From Felis catus (lineage: Eukaryota): 64,000 nt of DNA. The position numbers and the translations under genes were made by a program. The notes beneath the pieces were generated by a model. That model was not told the DNA's origin, made no database searches, and saw nothing but the letters and a program-made list of their open reading frames with translations. Positions 22,611 to 36,140 of the stretch are shown here, in pieces. Position 1 is the first letter of the stretch. Every line of letters starts with the position of its first letter. Where the stretch lies: contig NC_058368.1 in NCBI RefSeq assembly GCF_018350175.1, positions 310,001 to 374,000 on the forward strand. Direction: 5' to 3'.

Positions 22611-22964
22611 GTAAACATACACAAAGTCTTTAGAAGAGCTTTGACACATAGCAAGTACTCAGAAGTGTTCACTATTAAAATAGTATTTCATTATTATTGT
22701 CATGTACTTCAGGCCAAGATAACATAGGTAACACAGAATCCAAGTTTCTTTCTCCTCTTTTTTTTTTTTTTTTATACTTTATCTTGGACCATGTTTTTCC
22801 AAAATTTGATTTCATTACCAGTATATGAAAGGTAGAAGATTTCATGTTAAATATAGGTATGTAGCTTTCATGAAAAACTTCAAATGTATGGCATCACTGG
22901 GCCTATACTGTTGCATGGTGACATTTACCAGGAACTGAGCAGCATCTACCCAATTAGGCATTTT

Positions 22965-23420
22965 TATTTATTCATTTCTATTCTTTGGTTGCAAAGGACA
23001 GGATCCATCGGGAGCTAGTTTAAGTGCAACAGAAATGTCACTGGATCTTGGGAATGAACTGGGTTTTGCAAATGGGGAGTTGTTGGAAACACAAGCTGGT
23101 TTTCTTTATGTGTCTCATATTTGCTTCCTTGTTCATACCTGCTTATTTCTTCTCTCTTAGCAGATTAAAGTACACAGTGGGCAATAGCTAGCTCCTTTGT
23201 CTCCTGAGTTCATATGTTACAGTTCCGTCACATGGAAAGGTAATGTCTGGTTCTCTTAGCTCCAATCTCCAAGTCACAGAAAACTGAGCACTGATAGACC
23301 CGGCTTGAATCAGTTGCTTATACCTAAAGAAACTAGCTCTTGCCAGGAGGCTAGGGTCATGTCATGCAATATAAGCTAGGATTATATATTTTTAAATCAG
23401 AGAAGAGTCAGAAGGGGATC
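22965..23420 (-). mobile_element. MaLR (MLT1-like) remnant
   Basis: ttctttggttgcaaaggacagga...agctagtttaag start motif; degenerate. Confidence 0.4.
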
Positions 23421-24344
23421 ATTATGGAGCAGATGCTTCCAAATGTGTCCCCTGTACCAAACATTATTTTGGCCCTGCTCACTTTGTGGTAGCTTTCTGC
23501 ATTCTCTTGGAGGTCTCTCAACCAACTGCAGGCCTGACCTATCTGATCTGTTTGCCATTTAAATCTTGTTATTTTGGGAGTATGCAGGGTTCAGTGCACC
23601 CCCAGTGGCCTGATCCTTTCCTGTGATAAATTTGTTCCCATTACTGTACAAGGCAATTTGAGACCAAAATGGCCAGAACACCCTTTTTTAGCTTTTTTTT
23701 TTTTTTTTTTTTTTTTTGGCACTTTGAATCCCACAGGACTTTCTTCTTCCAGTAGCTTAAAATCACCTAATCAAATATTATAATGGCCTAAAGGCCAGTG
23801 AATGGGGCCTAGTGAGTATATTCTTAAAGAGTTAACAGTCCTGTATGAAAAAGGGAGAAGTCTAAAGTAAAGCAGCTGATAGTGGTATCCCTAGTACTAG
23901 AGAAGTAGCAAAAGTTTCATTCATAAATGTAATGCCTGGGCTTTAGAATTAGACAAGATGACAGAGATTTACTGTGTTCCCCTTTCTTGGATTCCTTTGA
24001 ATCACAGGAACTTTCCAAGTTTTGTGGTTCCCAGTTGAGGCTTGGGACACTTCATGTTTCAATAATTTTTTTTTCAGTGACTTTAAAGTTCTCTTCTTGA
24101 TACTCCTTACCAAAGTGGCAGTTGATATTGAGGGATTCCACTTTCAGGCCTGAGCTTTGGAGTGCAGGGATTGCTAGCTCTAGAGGGTGTTGAGAGGGAA
24201 GCCTCTCTCACTCCCAAAAGTACCAAAGTAAGCTGTCCTGGATGAAACTGTCTTTTCTCAAGATCCTGGGATGGATTACTCCCCAAGGAATCCAATCTCT
24301 CTGTCCAAGTCCTACTGCCTCTTCTCAGGATTTACTTTGCCTTT

Positions 24345-24915
24345 TATATACATATATATATTTTAATTTTATTATTTTTTTAAATTTACATCCAAATTAG
24401 TTAACATATAGTGCAACAATGATTTCAGGAGTAGATTCCTTAGTGCCCCTTACCCGTTTAGCCCATCCCCCCTCCCACAACCCCTCCAGTAACCCTGTTT
24501 GTTCTCCATATTTATTAGTCTCTTATATTTTGCCCCCTCCCTGTTTTTATATTATTTTTGTTTCCCTTCCCTTATGTTCATCTGTTTTGTCTCTTAAAGT
24601 CCTCATATGAGTGAAGTCATATATTTGTCTTTCTCTGACTGACTAATTTCACTTAGCATAATACCCTCCAGTTCCATCCACGTAGTTGCAAATGGCAAGA
24701 TTTAATTCTTTTTGATTGCCGAGTAATACCCCATTGTGTATATATATACCACATCTTCTTTATCCATTCATCCATCGATGGACATTTGGGCTCTTTCCAT
24801 ACTTTGACTATTGTTGATAGTGCTGCTATAAACATTGGGGTGCATGTGTCTCTTCAAAATAGCACACCTGTATCCCTTGGATAAATACCTAGTAGTGCAA
24901 TTGCTGGGTCGTAGT
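24345..24915 (-). mobile_element. 5'-truncated felid L1 (L1_Fc-like) 3' end
   Basis: Minus-strand ORF MFIAALSTIVKVWKEPKCPSMDEWIKKMWYIY; felid-type 3'UTR (aaatttacatccaaattagtt). Confidence 0.92.
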
Positions 24916-25281
24916 GTAGTCCTACTCCTCTCTTTAGGACACCTTACAACGTTAACCACAGCCCACGTGAGACAGAAGAGGTCCTACCTGGGGACTCTAC
25001 CTCGCTATTCCCATTGCACCCAAAAAAACAACACAAAAAGTGATGTTTGATTTTTATTAAATGTGACAAGCATACTGTTCCTGACATCTATAAGTCATGC
25101 TATAAGTTCCTGACATCTTCAAAAGCGTTAAGTGTTTCAGAAAATCAGGCTTTCCAGATTCCCTGTGTAGGAGGCATGGGGACAGGAAAGGGGATGGAGG
25201 GGACTCGGCCTCTTATTTAAGACCCAATGCTCTAAGCTGCTCCCTGGCTTCCCACAGGGGTCTTCACAGAGGGACTTTTAT

Positions 25282-25630
25282 TGTCAGAGGCTACATTTCT
25301 AGAAGCAGACTCTGAGACAGAGTTTAAGGTGCAAGATGTTTCCTAGGGAACCACCATTATGAAGGGGAGGAGCAGGAACCAGGATTAGGCAGAGGAAAAA
25401 ATGGAACAGCACTGACACCAGCACTGACGCCAGGAACAGCACTGATGCCAGCTCTGAGCAGAGTCACACACAGAGTTCCCTTCTTCCTCTTCTTCACTCA
25501 GGCATAGAGGTGCTGCCTAGGGAGTTGGCTGGAGCCAATACTGGAGTTGCACTTGCCCCAGTCTTATAGTCTTATAGTCAGTGCACATCCCTCCTGAAGG
25601 GTGTCTCATGCACATCCCAGGTTCCAGCAC
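25282..25630. mobile_element. ERVL-type LTR remnant (LTR16-like)
   Basis: agaagcagactctgagacagagtttaaggtgcaagatgttt...aggattaggcagagg motif. Confidence 0.45.
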
Positions 25631-25799
25631 AGACACACATACCTCAAGGCTCACAGGCAGAGAGAGTTTTAGGGGAGCCATTTGGGGGGTACTTAAGCTT
25701 CACAAGTAGTGTGTTCTGAATCCCATCTGCCTGAAAGCAAGGCCTGGGGACGTCCTGTTGTCTTCCTGCACCCTGACCCCAGGTGCCAACCAAGGCACT

Positions 25800-26105
25800 T
25801 CCACAATAAGTTAATGTTGTTTCAATCAAATATGTCCTAAATGCTTCTAATGATACATCAATCTAAAAGAAATGTTTTATCATTTAGAAGCTTATAGTCA
25901 CAGGAAAAAATAATTTCAATCTATATATGTACAAATTGTACACACACATGCACACACATTCCTCAAAGATAGGATGATTGATATATTGCAAGTATTTAGG
26001 TCTAAAAATGAAAATGTTTACGTATCAACTTAAACATCCAGGAAGGCACACCAATTTTGCAAAATTCTGTTAGGGAATATGTGAAGACAAAAGCCTAGGA
26101 AACAT
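25800..26105. mobile_element. hAT-Charlie remnant (Charlie4z-like)
   Basis: AT-rich body ending ttttgcaaaattctgttagggaatatgtga, resembling a recalled Charlie4z end. Confidence 0.35.
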
Positions 26106-26306
26106 CACCAAGAGTGAGCATCTATGTATGCATATTCCTTTCCCCAGAGAGGCCTCTAATTCACCGTATGATCCTCATACCAGGAGCTAGAACAAACCAG
26201 AAGAGTCAGTGCCATGAGCCGAAGCCCAGACCAAACTAAAGGGAACCAGAAAGTCATTTTCCCAAAGTAAGCTGTTATATTGCTTACACCAAAAGTGCAC
26301 TATGCT

Positions 26307-26433
26307 AGGGGATTAAGAGTACACTCATCTTGATGAGCACTGAGTAATATATAGAATTGTTGAATCACTGTATTGTATACCCAAAACGAATAAAGCATTG
26401 TATGTTAACTATAGTGGAAGTTAAATTTTTTTT
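26307..26433 (+). mobile_element. Extremely 5'-truncated L1 3'UTR tip
   Basis: ggggattaagagtacact...tgtatgttaacta; TSD aaagtgcactatgct/aaagtgctttatgct. Confidence 0.85.
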
Positions 26434-27682
26434 AAAGTGCTTTATGCTTTCTACACTACAATGGGAATGTATTCTTCATGTCAAACCTGGAGTTGGCCAA
26501 TATTTCAATCATCCTGAGTCTATTTTTCATCAACAAGTTGAAGAAAACCACTCTTGACTTCTAAATTATATTGTAAATAAGTTTTCATCAGTCTGGAAAT
26601 ATCCACTCCTCTGCTTACCTAGGGAGGATAATAAGAATGCTGATTTTGTTGCCTGAGCTCTGAACCCTCATGGCAAAGAGCAGGTGGTTAAGGATATTTA
26701 TACTTACTTTTTCTATAATAATCGTTCCCTGTGTCTGTACAAGAGAATGTTACTTCTTAATTTGATTTTTTGCCTATATAGTATTAGAGAAACATATTGT
26801 AATTTGATGAACCATTCTCCTTTTATTCTTTATTTGATTTTTCTAGTTTTACTTTTGTGAATAGTGCTATGATGAATATCTTTACAAAGAATATTTTTTC
26901 TTCTCAATTATTTTATTGTAATATGTTTTTCTAAGATGGCATTACTAGGGTCAAAAGGTTTGTGTGGCTTTTTGGCTTTGGTAATAGTATCAGGTTACTT
27001 TCCAAATTATTGTCCCTAATTATGCCTTCCACTTGAACCTATATTGGGCCCCCCACCTGAGGCAAAACACAGCCAAGATGCTGCTCCAAAGAGACCATGG
27101 TGTGCAAACAAACCTCACCAGCTGGACCCTCTCTACACCAGTGATCAGGCACTCAATATGAGCTTTGTTTATTCTATTTTTATGTGTGTATCTTCTCAAC
27201 CTAGCTCCTTGGTGAAAGGAGGAAAATAAAATCGATTGTGTCTATAATATGAAAGGCACTGTTTCGTATTTACAAAAAAGGAGGTCATTCTCATCCCCAT
27301 TTCTGAAGATGAAAACACTGAAAGTCATGGATATTTAATAACTTGCCACAGGCCCTAGAGGCAACAAAGGACTGGGTGGAAATCTGTTAGTCAAGCTTAT
27401 CTGAATCCAGCTGGCTCTCTATCCCTCCATAAAGGTCTGAAAACAATGATGCTAACACTGAAGATGATGACAAGGGAAGGAGAAGCAGTGGTGGTGGTGA
27501 TATTGGGCATCCTTAGCTGCTGGGACAGAGTGAGAGGTGTCTCTTAATTAGAAATCACTGGCTATATAGCATTGATTTCCAGACCCCTCATCTTTTATCT
27601 TGACATTTGCCTCATTCTATGGCTGCGCTAAACAGAGAAAAGGTATAAAAGATGGAACATTCTGGACTGCCTTTTGGTAATG

Positions 27683-27791
27683 TTTTTAAGATTTTATTTT
27701 TAAGCAATCTCTACACCAAGCATGGGGCTCAAACTAACAACCCCAAGATCAAGAGTTGCATGCTCCTCCAGCTGAGTCAACCAGGAGCCCC
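27683..27791 (-). mobile_element. Short Can-SINE
   Basis: SINE head and short tail; degenerate TSD tggactgccttttgg/tgaactgctctttgg. Confidence 0.85.
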
Positions 27792-30292
27792 CTGAACTGC
27801 TCTTTGGAACTTTTCTAGAGGCAGGGATTTGCTGAAATTGCTGGTGGACTTCTAAAACCCTTTTTATTTTTTCAAACCAGCTAAAAGCATCAGTAGATCA
27901 GTTTCCTGTGAAAGATTGTGAATTTTGACTCATCTACATCTACATAAATAAGTTTTAAGACTGGAGCTGCGATGTTGATCTAAGACATAAAGGCCAATTA
28001 ACAAAGTGTAAACAACTCATGTCAAAATCATGCTGTGTTCTCTCCCAGCACCAATTTACCAAATGCCATAGTTTCCCTGCTTGGTTGTTATTCAAGCTAT
28101 TCTTGAAAAGCTTAGTGTGTACAGAGAATCTGTGGGGGAAATGAAGAAATGAAGAAGTAATAGAAAAGTAAGCAGCTTGAGGGAGTTGCCAAGGGATAAA
28201 AATTCCCAGACAGTATGGCACTGACATAAAAATACACACATAGATCAACAGAACAGAATTGAGAGAACAGAAATAAAGCCACCCTTATATGGTCAATTAA
28301 TCTATGACAAAGGAGGCAAGAATATGCAATGGGAAAATGACAATCTCTTCAATAAATGGTGTTAGGAAAACAGGATAGCTATATGCAAAAGAATGAAACT
28401 GGACCGCTTTCTTACACGATACATAAAAATAAACTCAAAATGGATTAAAGACCTACATGTAAGACCTGAAACCACAAAACTCCTAGAGGAAAACAACACA
28501 GTAATTTCTGATATCGGCCATAGCAATATTTTTTCTAGGTATGTTTGCTGAGGCAAGGGAAACAAAAGCAAAAATAAACTATCGGGACTATACCAAAATA
28601 AAAAAAATCCTGTACAACAAAAGGAACAACCAACAAAACAAAAAGACAACCTACTAAGTTGGAGAGGATAGCAAATGACATATCCGATAAGGGGCAAGTA
28701 TCCAAAACACATAAAGAATTTATAGACCAAAAGTAACAGAGACTAGAAAGGATCAGAGAACATCACCAGAAACACTAACTTTACAGGTAGCACAATGACA
28801 CTAAATTCATATCTTTCAATAATTACTCCAAATGTAAAATGTATTAAATGCTTCAATCAAAAGACATCAGGTATCAAAATGGATTAAAAAACAAGACCAT
28901 CTATATGCTGCCTACAAGAGACTTATTTTAGACCTAAAGACACCTGCAGATTGAAAGTTAGGGAATGGAGAACCATCTATCATGCTAATGGAAGTCAAAA
29001 GAAAGCCAGAGTAGCCATACTTACATCAGACAAACTAGATTTTAAAACAAAGAGTATAACAAGAGAGGAAGCAGGGCACTATATCAAAATTAAGGGGTCT
29101 ATCCATCAAAAAGTTCTAACAATTGTAAATATTTATGCTCCCAATGTGGAAGAGTTCAAATATATAAATCAATTAATAACAAATATAAAGAAACAATAAT
29201 ACACAAAATAATAAAATAATAGTAAGGGACTTTAACACCCACTTACAACAATGGACATATCATTAAGCAAAAAACTCAACAATGAAACAAAGGCTTTGAA
29301 TGACACAATGGGCCAGATGGACTTAACAGATATATTCAGAACATTTCCTTCTCAAGCAGCAGGATACATTCTTTTCAAGTACACATGGAACATTCTCCAG
29401 AATAGATCACAAACTGGGTCACAAATCAGCCCCCATCAAGAACAGAAATATTGAGATCATAACATGCATATTTTCAGATCACAACACTATGAAACTTGAA
29501 ATCAACCACAAGAAAAAATTTGGAAAGCCCTCAAATAAATGTAAGTTAAAGAATATCCAACTAAAAAATGAACATGTTAACCAGGAAATTAAATAAAAAA
29601 TAAAAAATACATGAAAGCAAATGAAGATGAAAACACGACAGTCCAAAACCTTTGGGATGCAGCAAAAGCATTTCAAAGAGAGAAGCATATTGCAATTCAG
29701 ACTTATCTCAAGAAGCAAGAAAGATCCCAAAATATACAACCTAACTAACTATACACCTAAAAGAGCTAGAAAAGGAACGAAAAAAAAAAAAAAAAAGCCT
29801 AAAGCCTGCAGAAGAAGGGAAACAATAAAGATAAGAGCAGAATAGAAACAAACAAAAATATTAGAACAGATCAACAAAACTAAGAGCTGGTGCTTTGAAA
29901 TAATTAACAAAATTAATAAACCCTTAGCCAGATTTATTAAAAAGAAAAGAGAAAGGACCCAAATAGATAAAATCACAAATGAAAGAGATCACAACCAACA
30001 CCACAGATATACAAACAATTATAAAAGAATACTAGAAAAAATCATATGCCAGCAAACTGGGCAATCTGGAAGAAATGAACAAATACCTAGTAACTCACAA
30101 ACTACCAAAATTTAAACAGGAAGAAATAGATAATTTGAACAGACCCATAACCAGCAAAGAAATTAAATCAGTAATCAAAAATCTCCAAACAAACAAAAGT
30201 CCTGGGTCACATGGCTTCCCAGGAGAATTCTACCAGACATTTAAAGAGTTAATACCTATTCTTCTCAAACTGTTCTAAAAAACAGAAGTGGA

Positions 30293-30505
30293 GGGGCGCC
30301 TGGGTGGCGCAGTCGATTAAGCGTCCGATTTCAGCCAGGTCACGATCTCGCGGTCCCGGAGTTCGAGCCCCGCGTCAGGCTCTGGGCTGATGGCTCGGAG
30401 CCTGGAGCCTGTTTCCGATTCTGTGTCTCCCTCTCTCTCTGCCCCTCCCCCGTTCATGCTCTGTCTCTCTCTGTCCCAAAAATAAATAAACGTTGAAAAA
30501 AAAAA
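30293..30505 (+). mobile_element. SINEC_Fc (young) inside L1 ORF2
   Basis: Near-consensus ggggcgcctgggtggcgcagtcg...; TSD aaaaaacagaagtgga. Confidence 0.96.
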
Positions 30506-32056
30506 AAAAAACAGAAGTGGAAGGAAAATTTCCAAACTTATTCTACAAAGCCAGTGTTACCTTGATTCCAAAACGGGACAAAAACCCCACTAAAAAGGAG
30601 AATTGCAGGCCAATATCCCTGATGAGCATGGATACAAAAATTCTCAACGAGATATTAGCAAATCGAATTCAGCAGTACATTAAAAGAATTATTCACCAGG
30701 ATAAAATGGAATTGATTCCTGGGTGGCAGAGCTGGTTCAATATTCACAAATCAATCAACATGATACTCCACATTGATAAAAGAAGGGATAAAGACCACAT
30801 GATCCTCTCAATAGATGCAGAAAAGGCAAAGCATTTGACAAAATACAGCATCTGTTCTTGATAAAACCCTTAACAAAGTAGGGATAGATGGAACATACCT
30901 CAACATCATAAAGGCCATCTATGAAAGACCCACAGTTGATATTATCCTCAAGGAAGACAAACCGAGAGCCTTTCCCCTACAGTCAGGAATAAGACAAGGA
31001 TGACCACTCTCACCATTACTATTTAACATAGTACTGAAAGTCTTAACCTCAGTAATCAGACAACAAAAAATAAATAAAAATAATCCAAAACTTCACTATT
31101 TGCAGATGACATAATACTCTATATAGAAAACCTGAAAGACTCCACCAAAAAATTACTAGGACTAATACATGAATTCAGCAAAGTCGCAGGATATAAAATC
31201 AACACACAGAAATCTGTTCATTTCTATACACCAATAATGGAGCCACAGAAATAGAAATCAAGGAATCAATCCCATCTGCAAGTGCACCAAAAACAATAAG
31301 ATAACTAGGAATAAACCTAACTAAAGAGGTAAAATATCTATACTCTGAAAATTATAGAACACTTATGAAAGAAATGGAAGAGGACATAAGTAAATGGAAA
31401 AACATTCTATGCTCATGGATTGAAAGAACACACATTGTTAAAATGTATTACCTAAAGTAATCTACACATTTAATGCAATCACTGTCAAAATACCACGAGC
31501 ATTTTTCACAGAACTAGACTAAACAATCCTAAAATTTGCATGGAACCACAAAAGACCCTAAATAGGCAAAGCAATCCTGAAAAAGAAAAACAAAACTGGA
31601 GGCATCACAATTCCAGATTTCAGGCTATATTACAAAGTTGTAGTCATCAAGACAGTATGGTACTGGCACAAAAACAGACACATAGATCAATGGAACAGAA
31701 TAGAAAACCCTGAAATGAACCCACAACTGTATGGTCAACTCATCTTTGTCAAAACTGGAAAGAATATCCAATGGAAAAAAGACAGTTTCTTCAACAAGTG
31801 GTGTTGGGGAGACTGGATGGCAACATACAGAAGAATGAAACTGGACCACTTTCTTACAGCATACACAAAAATAAATTCAAAATGGATGAAAGACCTAAAT
31901 GTGAGACAGGAAACCATCAAAATCTTAGAGTACACAGATAGAAACCTCTTTGACCTTGGCCAGAGCAACTTCTTATTAGACACATCACTGAAGGCAAGGG
32001 AAACAAATGTATACATGAACTATTGGGACTTCATCAATATAAAAAACTTCTGCATG

Positions 32057-32277
32057 GGGGCACCTGGGTGGCTCAGTCAGTTAAGTGTCTTACTTTGTCT
32101 CAGGCCATGATCTCATGGTCTGTGAGTTCAAGCCCCACATCAGACTCTGTGATGACAGTTCAGAGCCTGGAGCCTGCTTCGGATTTTGTGTTTCCCTCTC
32201 TCTCTCTCCCCCTCCCCCACTCATGCTCTGTCTCTTTGTCTCAAAAATAAATAAACATTAAAAAATTTAAAAAAAAA
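32057..32277 (+). mobile_element. Can-SINE inside L1 ORF2
   Basis: TSD cttctgcatgg. Confidence 0.93.
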
Positions 32278-33355
32278 TCTTCTGCATGGTGAAGGAAACA
32301 ACAAAACTAAAAGGCAGCCTATGGAATGAGAGAAGATATTTGTAAATGACATATCTGATAAAGGGTTAGTATTCAAAATCTATAAAGAACTTATCAAACT
32401 CAATACACACACAAAAAAATTATCCAGTGAGGAAATGGACAGAAGACATGAATAGACACTTTTCCAAAGAAGACATCCAGATGACTAACAGACACATGTA
32501 AAAAAAGATGCTCAACACCAGTCATCGTCAGAGAAATACAAATAAAAACCACAATGAGATACCACCTCACGCCTGTCAGAATGGTTTAAATTAACAACAC
32601 AAGAAACAACAGGTATTGGCGAGAATGTGGAGAAAAGGGAACCCTCTTACACTGTTGGTGGGAATGCGAACTGGGTGCAGCCACTCTGGAAAACTGTATG
32701 GAAGTTCCTAAAAAAGTTAAAAATAGACCTACCCTATAACCCAGCAATTACACTAGTAGGTATTTACCCAAATGATACAAAAATACAAATTTGAAGTGTA
32801 CATGGACCCTGATGTTTATAGCAGCCTTACCAAAAATAGCCAAAGTATGGAGAGAGCCCAAATATCCATCAACTGATGAATGGATAAAGAAGGTGTGGTA
32901 TATATAGACAACCAAATATTACTCAGCCATCAAAAAGGATGAAATCTTGCCATTTGCAATAATGTGAATGGAGCTAGAATGTATTATGCTAAGTGAAATA
33001 AATCAGAGAAAGACAAATACCATATGATTTCACACATATGGAATTAAAAAAGCAAAACAAATGACCATATGAGAAGGAAGGGGAAAAGAGAAGAGAGAGG
33101 AAACAAACTGCAAGAGATTCTTAATGATAGAGAACAAACTGTGGGTGGATGGAGGGAGGTGGTTGGGAGATGGACTAGATGGGTGATGAACATTAAGGAG
33201 GCCACTTGTTGTGATAAGCATTGGGTGTTGTATGTAAGTGATGAATCATCAAATTCTACTCCTGAAACCAATGTTGCACAGTATGTTAACTAACTAAAAT
33301 TTAAATTAAATTTAAATTTAAAAAAATATATCTATATATCTAGATCTAGGTCTAG

Positions 33356-33394
<39 letters not shown>

Positions 33395-34090
33395 ATTTAT
33401 ACAACTTAACCCCCAAAAACCAAATAATCCAATTAACAAACTGGCAGATGTGAACAAACATTTCTCCAAAGAAGACATCCAGGTAGTCAACATACACATA
33501 AAAAAATGCTCAAAATCACTAATCATCAGAGAAATCCAAAATCTCACCTCACACCTAGAAGAATGGCTAAAATCAACAATACAAGAAACAGCGAGTAATG
33601 GTGAGGATGTGGAGAAAAAGAACCCTATTGCACTGTTGATGGGAATGCAAACTGGTGTAGCCACTCTGGAAAACAGTATGGATGTTCCTTAAAAAATTAT
33701 AGAATTACTATACAATGCAGTAATTCTACTAATGGGCATTTACCCAAAGAATCCAAAAACACTAATTCAAAAAGATACATGCACCGCTGTGTTCATTGCA
33801 GCATTATTTACAGTAGCCAAGACATGGAAGCAACCTAAGTGTCCATCAACTGACAAATGGATAAGGAAAATGTGGTATATACACAATAGAATATTACACA
33901 GTCTTGAAAAGGATGAGATCCTATCATTTGCAACAACATGGATGGATCTAGAGGGTATAATGCTAAGTGAAATAAGTCAGTCAGAGAAAGGCATACCATA
34001 TGATTTAACTCATATGTGTAATTTAAGAAACAAAACAAACCAAAGAAAAAAAAGAAACAAACAAAAACATAGATTCAAATATACAGAATA

Positions 34091-34865
34091 CCTCATACTG
34101 GTCAAAGTGGCTAAAATTAACAAATCAGGAAACTACAGATGCTGGCGAAGATGCGGAGAAATGGGAACCCACTTGCACTGTTGGTGGGAATGCAAACTGG
34201 TGCAGCTGCTCTGGAAAACAGTGTGGAGGTTCCTCAAAAAATTAAAAATAGATCTTCCCTATGACCCAGCAATAGCACTGCTAGGAATCTACCCAAGGGT
34301 AGTGCTGACTCATAGGGGCACATGTACCCCAATGTTTATAGCAGCACTTTCCACAATAGCCAAATTATGGAAAGACTAAATGTGCATCAAATGATGAATG
34401 GATAAAGAAGATGTGGTTTATATATACAATGGAATACTACTTGGCAATGAGAAAGAATGAAATCATGCCATTTGCAGTAACATGGATAGAACTGGAAGGT
34501 ATTATGCTGAGTAAAATAAGTCAGTCAGAGAAAGATATCATATGTTTTCACTCATATGTGGATCTTGAGAAACTTAACAGAAGACCATGGGGGAAGGGAA
34601 GGGGAAAAAAATAGTTACAAACAGAGAGGAAGGGAGACAAGCCGTAAGAGACTCTTAAATGCAGAGAACAAACTGAGGGTTGATGGGGGGTTGGGGGAGA
34701 GGGGAAAATGGGTGATGGGCATTGAGGAGGGCACTTATTGGGATGAGCACTGGGTTTTGCATGTAAGCCTTGGGGAATCTACCCCCAAAACCAAGAGCAC
34801 ACTGTACGCACTGTATGTTAGCCAATTTGACAATAAATTATATTTTTAAAAAATAATAAAAATAT
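34091..34865 (+). mobile_element. Third L1 (felid-type 3' fragment) nested in the outer L1 3'UTR
   Basis: Restarts the ORF2 C-terminus ([22 protein letters not shown]) and ends with ...gttagccaatttgacaataaatta; the outer 3'UTR resumes at about 34870. Confidence 0.85.
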
Positions 34866-35949
34866 ATATAGAGAGAAAGAATAAACTAATGGTTACCATA
34901 TGGGAGGTGGGTAGAATAGGTAAAGGGGATTAAGAGTACACTTATCATAATGAGCACTGAGAAATGTATAGAATTGTGAATCACTATATTGTACACCTGA
35001 AACTAATATATTGTATGTTAATTATACTGCAATTTTAAGAAGAAATAAAAAGAAATTTAAAAAAAGAAAATTCCCAGACCGCAGTGGTCAAACTTCAGAG
35101 ATAGAGATCAAAAATTCTCAATAGATATCTTGTTTTTAACATCAAAACTATTTTAGAAGACAGAGCATAAGGGCTCTGTTGAGGGATGAGACCTTGGAGA
35201 CAGGAAAGAAGACAAAGGTCTGCCCCAGGTGTCCCAGGCTTCCTGGCTATGGAACAGACACACTGGGTCATGTCCCAGGTACAGCAGACCACACTGGAGC
35301 CGCTCAGAGAAAGGGACAAGCAGTCCTGGAAACAGACTTCCCTACCAGCAGCATCCCAACTACAGGGGGCAAAGCACCAGTGTTTCAATTTTCAGAATTT
35401 TTTTTTTTTATTTGGAGGAATTAACACTCACCAGAAAGAAAATTTTGATCACCCTGGAGGTGCCCAGGAGGGTAGATGAGTGAAGGGATAAATAATCCTT
35501 CCAGGGCCACACAAGGGCAGTGCTGCCCCAACATGCAGTTGGCTCCTGACTTTCAAGATGCTCTCCTGGCTTTGTGCTTCTCCTTCTCTGGTCCTTTAAA
35601 AAATTAAGGCAAGGAAGGGAGCCCCTGGTTGCCATCAAAGGCAAGAGGATGTGTGGGGGAGCAACAGAAGAAAGTAGGAGCTTTCTCTTCCCTTGATTCC
35701 ATACTGATAGCTCAAGAGAGCTCTATTTCCAGAGTCATTCTGGGCCAAGGACCAGGCTGAGCACCAGCTTCCCACAGATTTCTGCCCATCTCTGGCCAAA
35801 AGCAAGACAAGCAAAGGCAGAAGTTGACTTTGCCCCAACTCAGCTTCCATCTGGAGCCAAGGTTTCTTTCTTGTAGAAGGAAATGAACATACAACTCTTA
35901 GAATCCAGGGACTTGGCCCCGACTTACAAGGAAAGTAGTTCAAAGCAAG

Positions 35950-36140
35950 CTCTACCTCTTACTAGCTAGGTAACTCCAGACAAGTTACTTATCCTCCTTG
36001 ACTTTAGTTTTCTCATCTGTAAGATGTGGACAGTGACAGGACCCACTGCACAGTTTGGTGGTGAGGACTGTGTAGATGAACAAAGCTTTCAGAACAGCAC
36101 TTGGCATATGGGAAATGTTAACAAATGTTGACTATTACTA
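35950..36140 (-). mobile_element. MIR
   Basis: ctttagttttctcatctgtaagatg core. Confidence 0.65.

Larger units (their letters stand above)
28725..33391 (+). mobile_element. Nested carnivore L1 with near-complete but disrupted ORF2 (endonuclease, RT, C-terminus) and 3'UTR
   Basis: ORF2 start ATG at 28795 (MTLNSYLSII); endonuclease fragments (IYHANGSQKKARVAIL, IVNIYAPN); RT fragments (KSPG.HGFPGEFYQTFKE, RPISLM, FADD); many stops and frameshifts; TSD agaatttata at 28715-28724 and 33392-33401. Confidence 0.93.
28212..35066 (+). mobile_element. Outer, older carnivore L1 (5'-truncated), split into about 28212-28724, 33392-34090 and 34870-35066 by two younger L1s
   Basis: TSD aaaattcccagac at 28199-28211 and 35067-35079; the pieces are collinear ORF2-end and 3'UTR sequence. 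Confidence 0.85.

Noticed and set aside
30293..30370. tRNA-like A/B-box sequence
   Set aside because: Head of a tRNA-derived Can-SINE, not a tRNA gene; the same applies to all SINE heads in the window.
28795..33050. L1 ORF2 as an active retrotransposase
   Set aside because: Many stops and frameshifts, two SINE insertions, and no 5'UTR or intact ORF1.
33732..34379. Longest ORF in the track (215 aa)
   Set aside because: Chance in-frame fusion of two L1 ORF2 C-terminal pieces across the nested-insertion junction at about 34090; not a host gene.
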